Program-made: the position numbers and the translations under genes | Shown here: piece by piece, positions 50,507 to 58,912 of the stretch | How positions within the stretch are numbered: position 1 is the stretch's first letter | Layout: every line of letters starts with the position of its first letter | Notes under the pieces: model-generated | The model's database searches: none | Told to the model about the DNA's origin: nothing | What the model saw: only the letters and a program-made list of their open reading frames with translations | Assembly: GCA_964364285.1 (NCBI GenBank) | Contig: CAYIKZ010000002.1 | Location: 3,800-67,799 of the forward strand | Length of the DNA: 64,000 bases | Direction: 5' to 3' | DNA from: an uncultured Candidatus Saccharibacteria bacterium | GTDB lineage: Bacteria > Patescibacteriota > Doudnabacteria > UBA920 > VMFF01

Positions 50507-50857
50507 ATGCAAGATGATAAATGGAACATGTTAATAGAACATGCAAAAAAGTCCTTTAGAGATGTTGATTTAAGGACAGAGGATTTAACCGCAGAAACAG
50601 CTGACGGTCTAGTAAAACAGGGGACCCAGGAGATTCTAGAGTTTACAAACGATAAAGGAAGGTTCAGGTTAATACGAGAAACAAAGCCTGTGGTCCTAGA
50701 AAAAAAGATGTATTATTCCCACAGACAAGGGGATAGCGCTAGAACAGAATATGTTTTTTCAGATACAGAAAAAACACACAGAATGCGCTTCTTCAAAGAA
50801 GACGGTTTTGATGAATGGAGAGAGTTAGAAGCAGACAACATTACAGATATATTTTAA
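50507..50857 (+). CDS. Hypothetical protein
   Basis: 116 aa with AAGGAG upstream; host-like codon usage. Confidence 0.75.
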   Translation: MQDDKWNMLIEHAKKSFRDVDLRTEDLTAETADGLVKQGTQEILEFTNDKGRFRLIRETKPVVLEKKMYYSHRQGDSARTEYVFSDTEKTHRMRFFKEDGFDEWRELEADNITDIF

Positions 50858-50859
50858 AG

Positions 50860-51711
50860 ATGCTAGCTGAACAAATATTAAAAACCATAAAATATTTCGA
50901 TGTTCAAAACCACCCTTTGACGCTTTTAGAGATACATAAATATTTGCTTGCAGACAAAGGAATAAAAGCAACAATTTCAGAAATACTAACAATCCTAGAA
51001 ACAGATCTTAAAGACAAAATTCAAACTTCAAATGGTTTCTATTATTTAACAGGCCGTAGTGAAATTTCAGAACAAAGATTAAAAAACAACATCTTTGCAA
51101 CCAAACGGTTAAAAAGAACAAAAAAATATCTTTCAAAAATTAAATACATACCATTCATAAAAGGTCTTGCTGTTGGTGGTTCTGAAGCAATCACCAACTC
51201 AAGAGAGACAAGCGACATTGATATCTTTGTTTTAACTAAACCAAATAGGATTTGGTTGGCAAGACTTTTCCTAAGCGCATACTTTCAAATATTTGGAGTC
51301 AGAAGACATGGCAAAAAAACAGCCAACCGTTTTTGTTTAAACCACTACATTGAACAAGGGAAACTACTTAACAGAGAACAGCATATATATTCAGCAGTAG
51401 AATATATATCTTTAATTCCATACTTTGGAGGAGAAGAAATCTATGAGTTTCAAACGGCAAATCTAACTTGGATTAGAGAATACTTAGCTCAACCACAGAT
51501 TGTCAGATACACAACACCAAAAGCAGCGAAGATAACAGAGATATTTGAAAAGATGCTACAGAATAAACTCGGAGACTTTTTAGAAGAAATATCAGGTAAA
51601 TTTCAGACAAAAAAAATACACCTTCAGGATAGTATAGTGTTAGAAAAAGACGAGCTTGTTTTCCACCCAGGAAATAAGGGGAGACAAGTCATGAGTAAAT
51701 TTAACCCTTAA
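50860..51711 (+). CDS. Hypothetical protein with nucleotidyltransferase-like motif
   Basis: GGS...SDIDIFV (GS-x-DxD) and FCLNHYI; start set at MLAEQIL. Confidence 0.7.
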   Translation: MLAEQILKTIKYFDVQNHPLTLLEIHKYLLADKGIKATISEILTILETDLKDKIQTSNGFYYLTGRSEISEQRLKNNIFATKRLKRTKKYLSKIKYIPFIKGLAVGGSEAITNSRETSDIDIFVLTKPNRIWLARLFLSAYFQIFGVRRHGKKTANRFCLNHYIEQGKLLNREQHIYSAVEYISLIPYFGGEEIYEFQTANLTWIREYLAQPQIVRYTTPKAAKITEIFEKMLQNKLGDFLEEISGKFQTKKIHLQDSIVLEKDELVFHPGNKGRQVMSKFNP

Positions 51712-51760
51712 ACGAACCGAGGCCCCGCAGACAAAAATAGTCTGGGGGCCTCACGAGGGT

Positions 51761-51931
51761 TCACGGCTTCGTCGTGTCGATGACAGCCGCGGGCGGCGTC
51801 TGGGCGGCCGCTCTCGGCTTCGGGGTCTGGTTGACGAAGAAGTAGCCGGCTACAAGCGCGCAGACGATGATGACGAACGCGATCGTCCATGTGCTTGGTC
51901 CGGTGTCCACCGTGGCACGCTTGCCGAACAT
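51761..51931 (-). CDS. Small single-TM protein, GC-rich patch
   Basis: AGGAGGG SD before ATG; MFGKRATVDTGPSTWTIAFVIIVCALVAGYFFV...; hairpin GAGGCCCC...GGGGCCTC downstream. Confidence 0.6.
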   Translation of the reverse strand: MFGKRATVDTGPSTWTIAFVIIVCALVAGYFFVNQTPKPRAAAQTPPAAVIDTTKP

Positions 51932-52078
51932 AGTCCCTCCTGCGATCCCTCGCAGGTTGAAGTGGTGCTGCGTGATACTGCGTGGGGTTTCATTGCATAT
52001 TGCCACATCTGTTTTAAAAAATCAAGCGCAACAAAACACCCTAAAGAATGCTCTTTAGGGTGTTTAAATTAGATGTAT

Positions 52079-52732
52079 TTAAACTTTCTTTATGACCTCT
52101 GCGATATATCCTGGTTCTGTAATGGAATGCGTATAGCTATTCAGTATTAAACTTACTAATTCATCCTTATGTACAAAAGAAACATCATCAGAAACATGAT
52201 TAACACCACCATCGCGCATATTCGGCATAACAAGGATCGCATTAACCCAAATTTTTTTTCTGCAGTACGCATCAATGAAATGCTTTAACTTCATTGCACC
52301 ACGATGTGATTGATTTAAAAAAGCATGCATTTGTCCCTGGTTTGGGTGATAGTGGCTTTTGACTTCAATCGCAAAAATTCCAGTTGGACCAATAACAGCA
52401 AAATCAATATCACCGCCGTGTCTTAAAGAGAGGTCTTGGAAAACATAAAAGTCATGTGGTAGGCGAAGAAGTTCTTTTTTGATGCTTTCTTCACCCCAGA
52501 TTCCTCTTGAAAATCTATGAGATCTTTTTTCAAAAAGTTTAGCCAAGCTGTAACCGAGAGGGATTAATAGAACAATCAAAAGCATCCAATCAGAAAGAGA
52601 AGAGTAGGTATCAACATCACGCTGGGTTAAATAACTCAAAAACAAGAACAGTCCTAAGGTTATGACAAACAGAAGAATAAAAAGAGACTCTTTTCTTTGC
52701 AGGAAACTGCTTTTTTTAATGTATATAGCCAT
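52079..52732 (-). CDS. NERD domain protein with two N-terminal TM helices
   Basis: GIWGEE...DIDFAVIGPTGIFAIEVKS. Confidence 0.85.
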   Translation of the reverse strand: MAIYIKKSSFLQRKESLFILLFVITLGLFLFLSYLTQRDVDTYSSLSDWMLLIVLLIPLGYSLAKLFEKRSHRFSRGIWGEESIKKELLRLPHDFYVFQDLSLRHGGDIDFAVIGPTGIFAIEVKSHYHPNQGQMHAFLNQSHRGAMKLKHFIDAYCRKKIWVNAILVMPNMRDGGVNHVSDDVSFVHKDELVSLILNSYTHSITEPGYIAEVIKKV

Positions 52733-52772
52733 TACTGTTTTATTCTAGCACTTTTGGATCCTCTGTGGAGGG

Positions 52773-52801
52773 TTGACATGGTAAGTCCTTGGTGTTAATA
52801 T
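52773..52801 (+). promoter_or_regulatory. Sigma70-type promoter for the repeat-peptide unit
   Basis: TTGACA-17nt-TAATAT. Confidence 0.7.
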
Positions 52802-52947
52802 GCTTTTTCTACAGTATTCTCCTGCAGCCGCTCGCGTGAGCGAAGCGGAAGCAACACAAGCCCAGAGGGCGAGTGGCTGTAGGAAACCCTTTCGTTCTGG
52901 CACAAGGGTCCAGATACGAAGGACAACTCGTTCGGAGGAACCATCTG

Positions 52948-53163
52948 ATGACCACCACGAGCACCGGCCGACTGCGGACCCGCAAGCCCCAGGCGAGCAT
53001 TTTTCCCACCATCATGGACATCCTGGACGCGGTGAAGCACGACGACGGCAGCGGGCAGCAGGGCATCGACAAGGCGCCGGCCACGCAGTCCGACGGCAGC
53101 GGGCAGCAGGGCATCGACAAGGCGCCGGCCACGCAGTCCGACGGCAGCGGCACCGCGCAGTAG
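52948..53163 (+). CDS. 71-aa peptide with repeated DGSGQQGIDKAPATQS units, GC-rich patch
   Basis: GGAGG SD before ATG 52948; strongly GC3-biased codons in this frame; promoter upstream and terminator downstream. Confidence 0.6.
   Translation: MTTTSTGRLRTRKPQASIFPTIMDILDAVKHDDGSGQQGIDKAPATQSDGSGQQGIDKAPATQSDGSGTAQ
53043..53150 (+). repeat. 48-bp perfect tandem repeat, 2.25 copies
   Basis: CGACGGCAGCGGGCAGCAGGGCATCGACAAGGCGCCGGCCACGCAGTC at 53043 and 53091, partial copy at 53139. Confidence 0.95.
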
Positions 53164-53620
53164 CAAGGCGGCGCCGGGTCACCAGGGAAGCTCGCCCCGA
53201 GGCGCTCGGGGCGGGCAACCCCAGGTTTTCCTGGGGAGCAAGCGAAGAAGCAGCAACCGCATTGGTTGACTGCTTTTTTCGTCCCTTTCTTAGGTCCTTG
53301 ACAAACTAGCAATATTTAGTTAATATTCCCAGTTAAAACAAAATATTAGTTATGGCTCCTGATTTCGTGCATACGGATTGGGGGCAACCCAAAAGGCTTG
53401 TGTAAGAGCATTTATTTATGAGGCTCTATGGCACGAGTCTTTTTGTTTTGTATATTTAATACTTTGTTAATGAATTTTTAATGTTTTTTGCGTATTAATA
53501 GTAGGAAGGTTAAAAAGGAATATTAGTTTAGATCTAGTCTGTGTTTTCAGGAGCGCGTTGACATATGGGGTCTTTTGTTTTAAAATGAAACCTGTATATT
53601 AACTTGATAATCACAAAACT

Positions 53621-53797
53621 ATGGGTGTTCCAAAAAAGCACAAGACCAGATCAGGAAGAGACCAAAGAAGATCTCACCACGCTTTAAAAGCAAAGGTATA
53701 CGTAGCTTGCAAAAACTGTGGCGCTCCAACAAGAACGCATGAGATTTGTCAGAGCTGTGGTTTTTACAAGGGACGTCAGGTCCGTAAAGTTAAATAA
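53621..53797 (+). CDS. rpmF: 50S ribosomal protein L32 (not in the ORF track, 58 aa)
   Basis: MGVPKKHKTRSGRDQRRSHHAL...CKNCG...HEICQSCGFYKGRQV; promoter TTGACA(53558)-17-TAAAAT. Confidence 0.95.
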   Translation: MGVPKKHKTRSGRDQRRSHHALKAKVYVACKNCGAPTRTHEICQSCGFYKGRQVRKVK

Positions 53798-53806
53798 CCG
53801 AGAAAC

Positions 53807-54241
53807 ATGGCAAACCGACATCTCTCACGAACAGTAGCAATGCAAACCCTGTATGAGTGGGATTTTAACGGTAGGAAAGAGCAGCTTAAAGATCTAGCAA
53901 AGCACAACATTGAACAGCTAGCTCCAGGAATGGAAGATACTGCGTTCATCTATGATTTGTTAGGCGGGGTTGAATCTTATCTTGAAGATATAGATAAAAC
54001 AATTATTGAGACTGCTCCAGAATGGCCATTGGACCAGATCACAGTCGTTGATAGAAATATCTTACGCATCGGAATATTTGAACTTCTCTTTGAAAAACAG
54101 GTGCCTCCTAAAGTCGCTATAAATGAAGCGGTGGAATTGGGAAAGACATTTGGTGGAGAATCATCTGGTAAGTTCGTAAACGGTGTGTTAGGAACTCTTT
54201 ACAAAAAACTATTTCCTGAAGAGACTTTAAAGGTAGAATAA
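53807..54241 (+). CDS. nusB: Transcription antitermination factor NusB
   Basis: [32 protein letters not shown] and FVNGVLG. Confidence 0.97.
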   Translation: MANRHLSRTVAMQTLYEWDFNGRKEQLKDLAKHNIEQLAPGMEDTAFIYDLLGGVESYLEDIDKTIIETAPEWPLDQITVVDRNILRIGIFELLFEKQVPPKVAINEAVELGKTFGGESSGKFVNGVLGTLYKKLFPEETLKVE

Positions 54242-54312
54242 AGTCGACTTCTAGCAAAAAGACCTTCCAAAAGAAGGTCTTTTTGTTTTGTCATTAAAAG
54301 AGGGGAGAAAAC

Positions 54313-54876
54313 ATGAAATATATTGCGATTGCCTTAATGGCAATAACTGTGTTGTTAACAGGAAGTATTGCTTTGGCGCAAGAAATTCCAATACATGCTC
54401 AAGCTCAGTCTGTTGAGAGTGCTGAATTAACAACACAAGTTCAGTCTCAGAGTAGCACGAGTACAACAAAGCCAAAGCAAACAACCAAGAAGAAAAAAGC
54501 TAAGAAAAAAGCAACTAAAAAACAGACTAAGGCAAAAAACACTGATGCAAAGAAACAGACCAAAGAAAAAAAGAGTGCTAAAAAGACAACCAAGAAAACT
54601 AGCGCAAAGAAGCCGAAGACAAGCAAGAGCGTTTCAACAAACACAACAGCAGATGTTGAAAGAGCTAACCTCGGAGCAAATCAAGATCCTTTAAAGGTCG
54701 AACAGCCAGATGCTTTAGGGCAGTTAATAAACAACGGAACGGTTGATCTACAAGCACAGTCTACAGAAGAGTTAATTCGTCCTAATGGAGCTCGTAAAGG
54801 TTTGGCTATTGCGGGCGCTTCAGGATTTGGGGGCTTAGGATTAATGCTTTTGTTAAAGAAGTTCTTGCTTCATTAA
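54313..54876 (+). CDS. Secreted Lys/Thr-rich protein with C-terminal TM anchor
   Basis: Signal peptide, K-rich low-complexity middle, hydrophobic C-terminus followed by KK. Confidence 0.7.
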   Translation: MKYIAIALMAITVLLTGSIALAQEIPIHAQAQSVESAELTTQVQSQSSTSTTKPKQTTKKKKAKKKATKKQTKAKNTDAKKQTKEKKSAKKTTKKTSAKKPKTSKSVSTNTTADVERANLGANQDPLKVEQPDALGQLINNGTVDLQAQSTEELIRPNGARKGLAIAGASGFGGLGLMLLLKKFLLH

Positions 54877-54958
54877 CTAAGCATTAGGCGGTTGCCAAAA
54901 GGCCTCTGCTTGAGGTATACTAGTGGGGAATTATTTTAAGAAAAACAGCACAAAAGAA

Positions 54959-55240
54959 ATGAACAAAAACGAACTAATAGAAAACCTTGCAGGAAAGCTT
55001 GCTCTGCCAAGATCAGAAGCAGAGAGAATGCTTAATACTTTAGTTGATGTAATTTCTGAAACTCTGAAAAAAGGTGATGAAGTAAACATTACTGGATTTG
55101 GTCAGTTTTCAGTAAGTAACAGAGCAGCAAGGGCAGGGGTAAATCCTCAGAATCCAACAGAGAGAATACAGATTGCTGCAACAAAAGTCCCAAAGTTTAG
55201 AGCAGGCAAGAGTTTGAAAGAAGCGGTAAAAAGCGAATAA
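54959..55240 (+). CDS. hup: HU family DNA-binding protein
   Basis: MNKNELIE, ITGFGQF, RAARAGVNP and VPKFRAGKSLKEAV. Confidence 0.95.
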   Translation: MNKNELIENLAGKLALPRSEAERMLNTLVDVISETLKKGDEVNITGFGQFSVSNRAARAGVNPQNPTERIQIAATKVPKFRAGKSLKEAVKSE

Positions 55241-55280
55241 CTAGAAAATGTTTGGCCAGAAACTTCTGGCCAAACTTTAA

Positions 55281-55357
55281 CGGGAACTGGCTCAATTGGC
55301 TAGAGCGCTCGCTTTGGGAGCGAGAGGTTCCGGGTTCGAGTCCCGGGTTCCCGACCA
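55281..55357 (+). tRNA. tRNA-Pro(TGG)
   Basis: CGGGAAC...CTCGC-TTTGGGA-GCGAG...GGTTCGAGTCC...GTTCCCG-A-CCA. Confidence 0.96.
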
Positions 55358-55408
55358 AAATAATTCCGGTTCCCCCGGTTTTTATTTAAGTTGAAATTAG
55401 GAGGATGC

Positions 55409-56083
55409 GTGAAATCATATTTAAAACAAAAGGCAATACAACTGCGCAAAGAAGGTTGGTCATACAGCGTTATCCAAAAAAGAACAGGGATATCTAAGAG
55501 CACCCTTAGTAATTGGCTTGGTAATTTATCGTACAGACCAAACTTAGAAGTTAGAAAGAGCATAAAAGAAGGACCGTTGCGTTCTGCTATTATGCGCAGA
55601 AAAGCTAAGATCAGGAGTATAAGAGAGATTAAAATAGCGGCAGCAAGAGAATTGGGTAAGCTTTCCAAAAGAGATAAGTGGATGTTAGGTTTGGCTATTT
55701 ATATGGGTGAAGGTTCAAAGACTCATGATAATATTAGGGTTGTAAACTCAAACCCAGAAATAATTAAAAGTGCTGTTAAATGGTTTAGTAATAATTGTGA
55801 TGTGCCATTAGCTAATCTCGCTATTAGGGTCCATTCATATCCTGATATAGACCAAGACAAGACTAAAGTATATTGGTCAGGAGTTACTGGTATACCCTTA
55901 AGCCAGTTTTTTAAAAATCATATAGATACCAGGACAAACAAATCAGTTTTGAAAAAACGTAAATTGCAATATGGAACAGCTCATTTAATAATCAAGAGTT
56001 GTGGAAAAATAAAATTTGGGGTAATCTTACATAGAAGAATTATGGGCTGGATACAAGAAGCCTATAAGCAAATGCGGGTATAG
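55409..56083 (+). CDS. HTH + single-LAGLIDADG-like protein between two tRNAs
   Basis: N-terminal HTH (LRKEGWSYSVIQKRTGISKSTLSNW) and LGLAIYMGEGSK helix; AGGAGG SD with GTG start; stop codon overlaps tRNA-Gly. Confidence 0.7.
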   Translation: MKSYLKQKAIQLRKEGWSYSVIQKRTGISKSTLSNWLGNLSYRPNLEVRKSIKEGPLRSAIMRRKAKIRSIREIKIAAARELGKLSKRDKWMLGLAIYMGEGSKTHDNIRVVNSNPEIIKSAVKWFSNNCDVPLANLAIRVHSYPDIDQDKTKVYWSGVTGIPLSQFFKNHIDTRTNKSVLKKRKLQYGTAHLIIKSCGKIKFGVILHRRIMGWIQEAYKQMRV

Positions 56084-56147
56084 TTTAGTGGTCAAACGCC
56101 TCCCTTCCAAGGAGAAGTTGCGGGTTCGATTCCCGCTACCCGCTCCA
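56074..56147 (+). tRNA. tRNA-Gly(TCC)
   Basis: GCGGGTATAGTTTAGTGG...CTCC-CTTCCAA-GGAG...GGTTCGATTCCCGC-TACCCGC-TCCA. Confidence 0.95.
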
Positions 56148-56264
56148 AATATCGGTTAATTTAGATTGCGGAACATCCGCATTTTTTATCCACAAGAATT
56201 TTGGTTATCCTCATTGACTACATAAAAATATTTTTGTTAAACTCCTCATACGGGAGGAAATATT

Positions 56265-56723
56265 ATGCCAGAAGTAACAGAAAAAATAAGGGCAATATTT
56301 AGAGAAGAAGGCGCTCTTTTAATTGAGCCTTTAAGTAAGGCTATTCAAAGAACGCAGGACGATGTCTTGTTAATCAAGAATGACGTCTCAGGTTTGAAGA
56401 ATGACGTCTCAGGTTTGAAGGGTGACGTTTCGGATCTCAAGAGTGATATGTCAGGTGTTAAAGAAGACATCTCGGATCTCAAGAGTGATATGTCAGGTGT
56501 TAAAGAAGACATCTCGGATCTCAAGAGTGATATGTCGGATGTCAAAGATGATATTACTGGGATTCGAGAAGTTGTTGATAGTCACACGGTTACACTTGAT
56601 GGAATGGCTGGTTCTTTGGAAATCATGAGAACAGAGTTATCGGTAAGCAAATATAGACTGGATCGCCATGAGGGATGGATAACTAAATTAGCTCAAAAAA
56701 CCAAGCTCAAGCTTAGTCATTAA
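56265..56723 (+). CDS. Heptad-repeat coiled-coil protein
   Basis: GGGAGG SD; (L/V)KxD(V/I/M)Sx heptads. Confidence 0.75.
   Translation: MPEVTEKIRAIFREEGALLIEPLSKAIQRTQDDVLLIKNDVSGLKNDVSGLKGDVSDLKSDMSGVKEDISDLKSDMSGVKEDISDLKSDMSDVKDDITGIREVVDSHTVTLDGMAGSLEIMRTELSVSKYRLDRHEGWITKLAQKTKLKLSH
56376..56536 (+). repeat. Intragenic tandem repeats (21-bp x2, then 42-bp x~2.5)
   Basis: AAGAATGACGTCTCAGGTTTG at 56376 and 56397; TCGGATCTCAAGAGTGATATGTCAGGTGTTAAAGAAGACATC at 56430 and 56472, partial at 56514. Confidence 0.92.
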
Positions 56724-57032
56724 CAGGGGGTAATGTTATCAAAGCATTGGCAGAGTTTTTTAGGAAGTGTAATATTTATTTACAAACGCCACGCCCAGCC
56801 CGCAAGGGTCCGGTGTGGTTTTTGATTCAGTTGGGTAGCTATGCGTTTCAAACTGGAATTTGATCTCATTTAGGGTTTATATTAGCTACGGCAACAGTAA
56901 ATTAATGGCTCCTAAATCCAATATGGGCTGGTACCTAAATAATTCGAAATTTAAAGTGAATTTTAACAAGTATCCTATTTATTCAACCAGTGGATATGTA
57001 GGCTTGTGATATTTAGGATTATATGTTAATAT

Positions 57033-57070
57033 GTTTCTAAAGAGTGTTATTAATAGCCTTTTTTAGAAAC
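57033..57070. promoter_or_regulatory. Inverted repeat upstream of abiEi (probable autoregulatory operator)
   Basis: GTTTCTAAA...TTTAGAAAC immediately before the start codon; AbiEi proteins are known to bind such promoter inverted repeats. Confidence 0.6.
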
Positions 57071-57072
57071 GT

Positions 57073-57693
57073 ATGCAATATAATGAATTTAAGGAACAAT
57101 TAAAAGACTTTATTGTTTTTTCGATAACGGATATCCGCAAGATAGAACCGAAGTTTTACCGCCGTCGTTTAAATGAGTGGCAAGACAAGGGTTACATCAA
57201 GAAGATACGCCGTGGTTACTATATGTTTGCAGACACGCAGTTGAGTGAGGAAAAGCTTTTTTTGATTGCTAATAAAATTTATTCTCCATCTTATGTTTCT
57301 TTTGAAATGGCTTTGTCTTATTATGGTCTGATCCCCGAAGGTGTTTATTCGATTACTTCTGCTTCCAGCAAGAAGACAGAAAAGTTTAAGACAACTGTTG
57401 GTGAATTTACTTATCGAAGTCTTAAGCCACAACTGCTGTTTGGTTTTAGCTTACTAACGCAAGGAAAACAGACATACAAGTTAGCGGAGATGGAAAAGGC
57501 AGTCTTAGATTATTTATACATCAATTCCAAGAGCACGAGAAAGGAAGATTTGCAGGAGTGGCGATTTGAGGGGCGAGAATTTCTGGCAAAGGCTGACTTA
57601 AATAAGTTTAATAGATATGTTAAAGCTTTTAATAGTCCCAGTCTGGAAAAGCGAGTCAAGCAGTTTATAAATTTTATTAAGCAACAACAATAA
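57073..57693 (+). CDS. Type IV TA antitoxin, AbiEi-like
   Basis: wHTH (KGYIKKIRRGYY), PSYVSFEMALSYYGLIPE and EKAVLDYLY. Confidence 0.88.
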   Translation: MQYNEFKEQLKDFIVFSITDIRKIEPKFYRRRLNEWQDKGYIKKIRRGYYMFADTQLSEEKLFLIANKIYSPSYVSFEMALSYYGLIPEGVYSITSASSKKTEKFKTTVGEFTYRSLKPQLLFGFSLLTQGKQTYKLAEMEKAVLDYLYINSKSTRKEDLQEWRFEGREFLAKADLNKFNRYVKAFNSPSLEKRVKQFINFIKQQQ

Positions 57694-58469
57694 TGTTAAC
57701 CTTAGAACAAATTGAACAGCAATATCCTGAAAATTTGCGAGCTTTTAAGCGTTCACTGCTTCGAGAGTATTTGCAGTATAAGATATTAGAAATTATTTTT
57801 GCTTCTGAGTATGCCTCTAAGCTGTCATTTTTGGGTGGCACAGCTTTAAGAATCCTTTATAATAATAATCGTTTTTCTGAAGATATTGATTTTGACAATT
57901 TTGGTTTAGAAGAGAGCGAGTTTAATGCCTTAGCAGAAAAGGTAAAATCTGGTTTAGAAGCTGAGGGACTGAAAGTAGAAATTGATATTGTTGGTAAAGA
58001 GGCTTATCGTTGCAATGTTCGTTTTCCAGATATTCTTTTTGGCAGCGAGCTGTCTCAACATCAAAGCGAAAAAATTCTTATTCAAATTGACAGTCTAGCG
58101 CACGGTTTTTCTTACCAACCCGAACGCAAGATTTTGAACAAGTTTGATGTTTTTACCGAAATTTTTGTTGCCACTTCTGATTTGTTACTGTCGCAAAAAA
58201 TAAATGCTGCTGTAAACCGCAAACGGGCCAAAGGTAGGGATTTTTATGATATTGTATTTTTGCTATCTTTTACCAAGCCCAACTATCAATACCTACACCA
58301 AAAAATGAACATTAGGGAACCAGAAGAGTTAAGAGCAAAGCTACTTAAACTGTCTGAGGAACTTGATTTTACAGAGTTAGCACGAGATGTAGAGCCTTTT
58401 CTTTTTAATCCTAGTGATAGTAAAAAGGTAGAGTTATTCCGAGATTTTATTCAGCAAGCAAAATTATAG
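57693..58469 (+). CDS. Type IV TA toxin, AbiEii-like nucleotidyltransferase
   Basis: FLGGTALR, RFSEDIDF, K...R.KGRDFYD; translationally coupled (TAATG). Confidence 0.92.
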   Translation: MLTLEQIEQQYPENLRAFKRSLLREYLQYKILEIIFASEYASKLSFLGGTALRILYNNNRFSEDIDFDNFGLEESEFNALAEKVKSGLEAEGLKVEIDIVGKEAYRCNVRFPDILFGSELSQHQSEKILIQIDSLAHGFSYQPERKILNKFDVFTEIFVATSDLLLSQKINAAVNRKRAKGRDFYDIVFLLSFTKPNYQYLHQKMNIREPEELRAKLLKLSEELDFTELARDVEPFLFNPSDSKKVELFRDFIQQAKL

Positions 58470-58534
58470 GGAGTAAGCTTTAAATTAACAAAGTTTTTGT
58501 TGCACTTCAGATTAGAATTTATGTAGTGGTCGCG

Positions 58535-58566
58535 TGTTGACCTAGTCTGTATAAGTAGGGTATAAT
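58535..58566 (+). promoter_or_regulatory. Promoter of HicBA-like module 1 (duplicated element)
   Basis: TGTTGACC-TAGTCTGTATAAGTAGGG-TATAAT; near-identical to 59209-59240. Confidence 0.75.
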
Positions 58567-58588
58567 ACGAACAACTAAAAAAGTATAT

Positions 58589-58906
58589 ATGACAAAATTA
58601 CATAAAATTTTTAGAGTTATATATCCCGCTAAACACCCAGAGGAACTTATTAAAGAATATAATATTCCTCGTACTTTGCATTTACAAATACGTCTTACTA
58701 AAGACGGCTGGTTTGTTGCGTCTGTTCCAGAACTTCCAGGTTTAATTACTCAAGCACAAACTCAACATGAATTACTAGATATGGTTAATGACGCGGTTTT
58801 AACTTATTTTGATGTACCAAAAAGACAAGCTGATATAATTTACGATCAATTGAATATTCAAGGAGTCCCAGCAGTCCAATATGAGGCTCAATTACGAACT
58901 ACTTAA
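58589..58906 (+). CDS. HicB-like antitoxin
   Basis: DGWFVASVPELPGLITQAQT..ELLDMVNDAV. Confidence 0.8.
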   Translation: MTKLHKIFRVIYPAKHPEELIKEYNIPRTLHLQIRLTKDGWFVASVPELPGLITQAQTQHELLDMVNDAVLTYFDVPKRQADIIYDQLNIQGVPAVQYEAQLRTT

Positions 58907-58912
58907 ATTTCA

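Noticed and set aside
53043-56536. CRISPR array from the 48-bp or 21/42-bp repeats
   Set aside because: Repeats are head-to-tail without spacers, are multiples of 3 inside ORFs, and no cas genes are seen.
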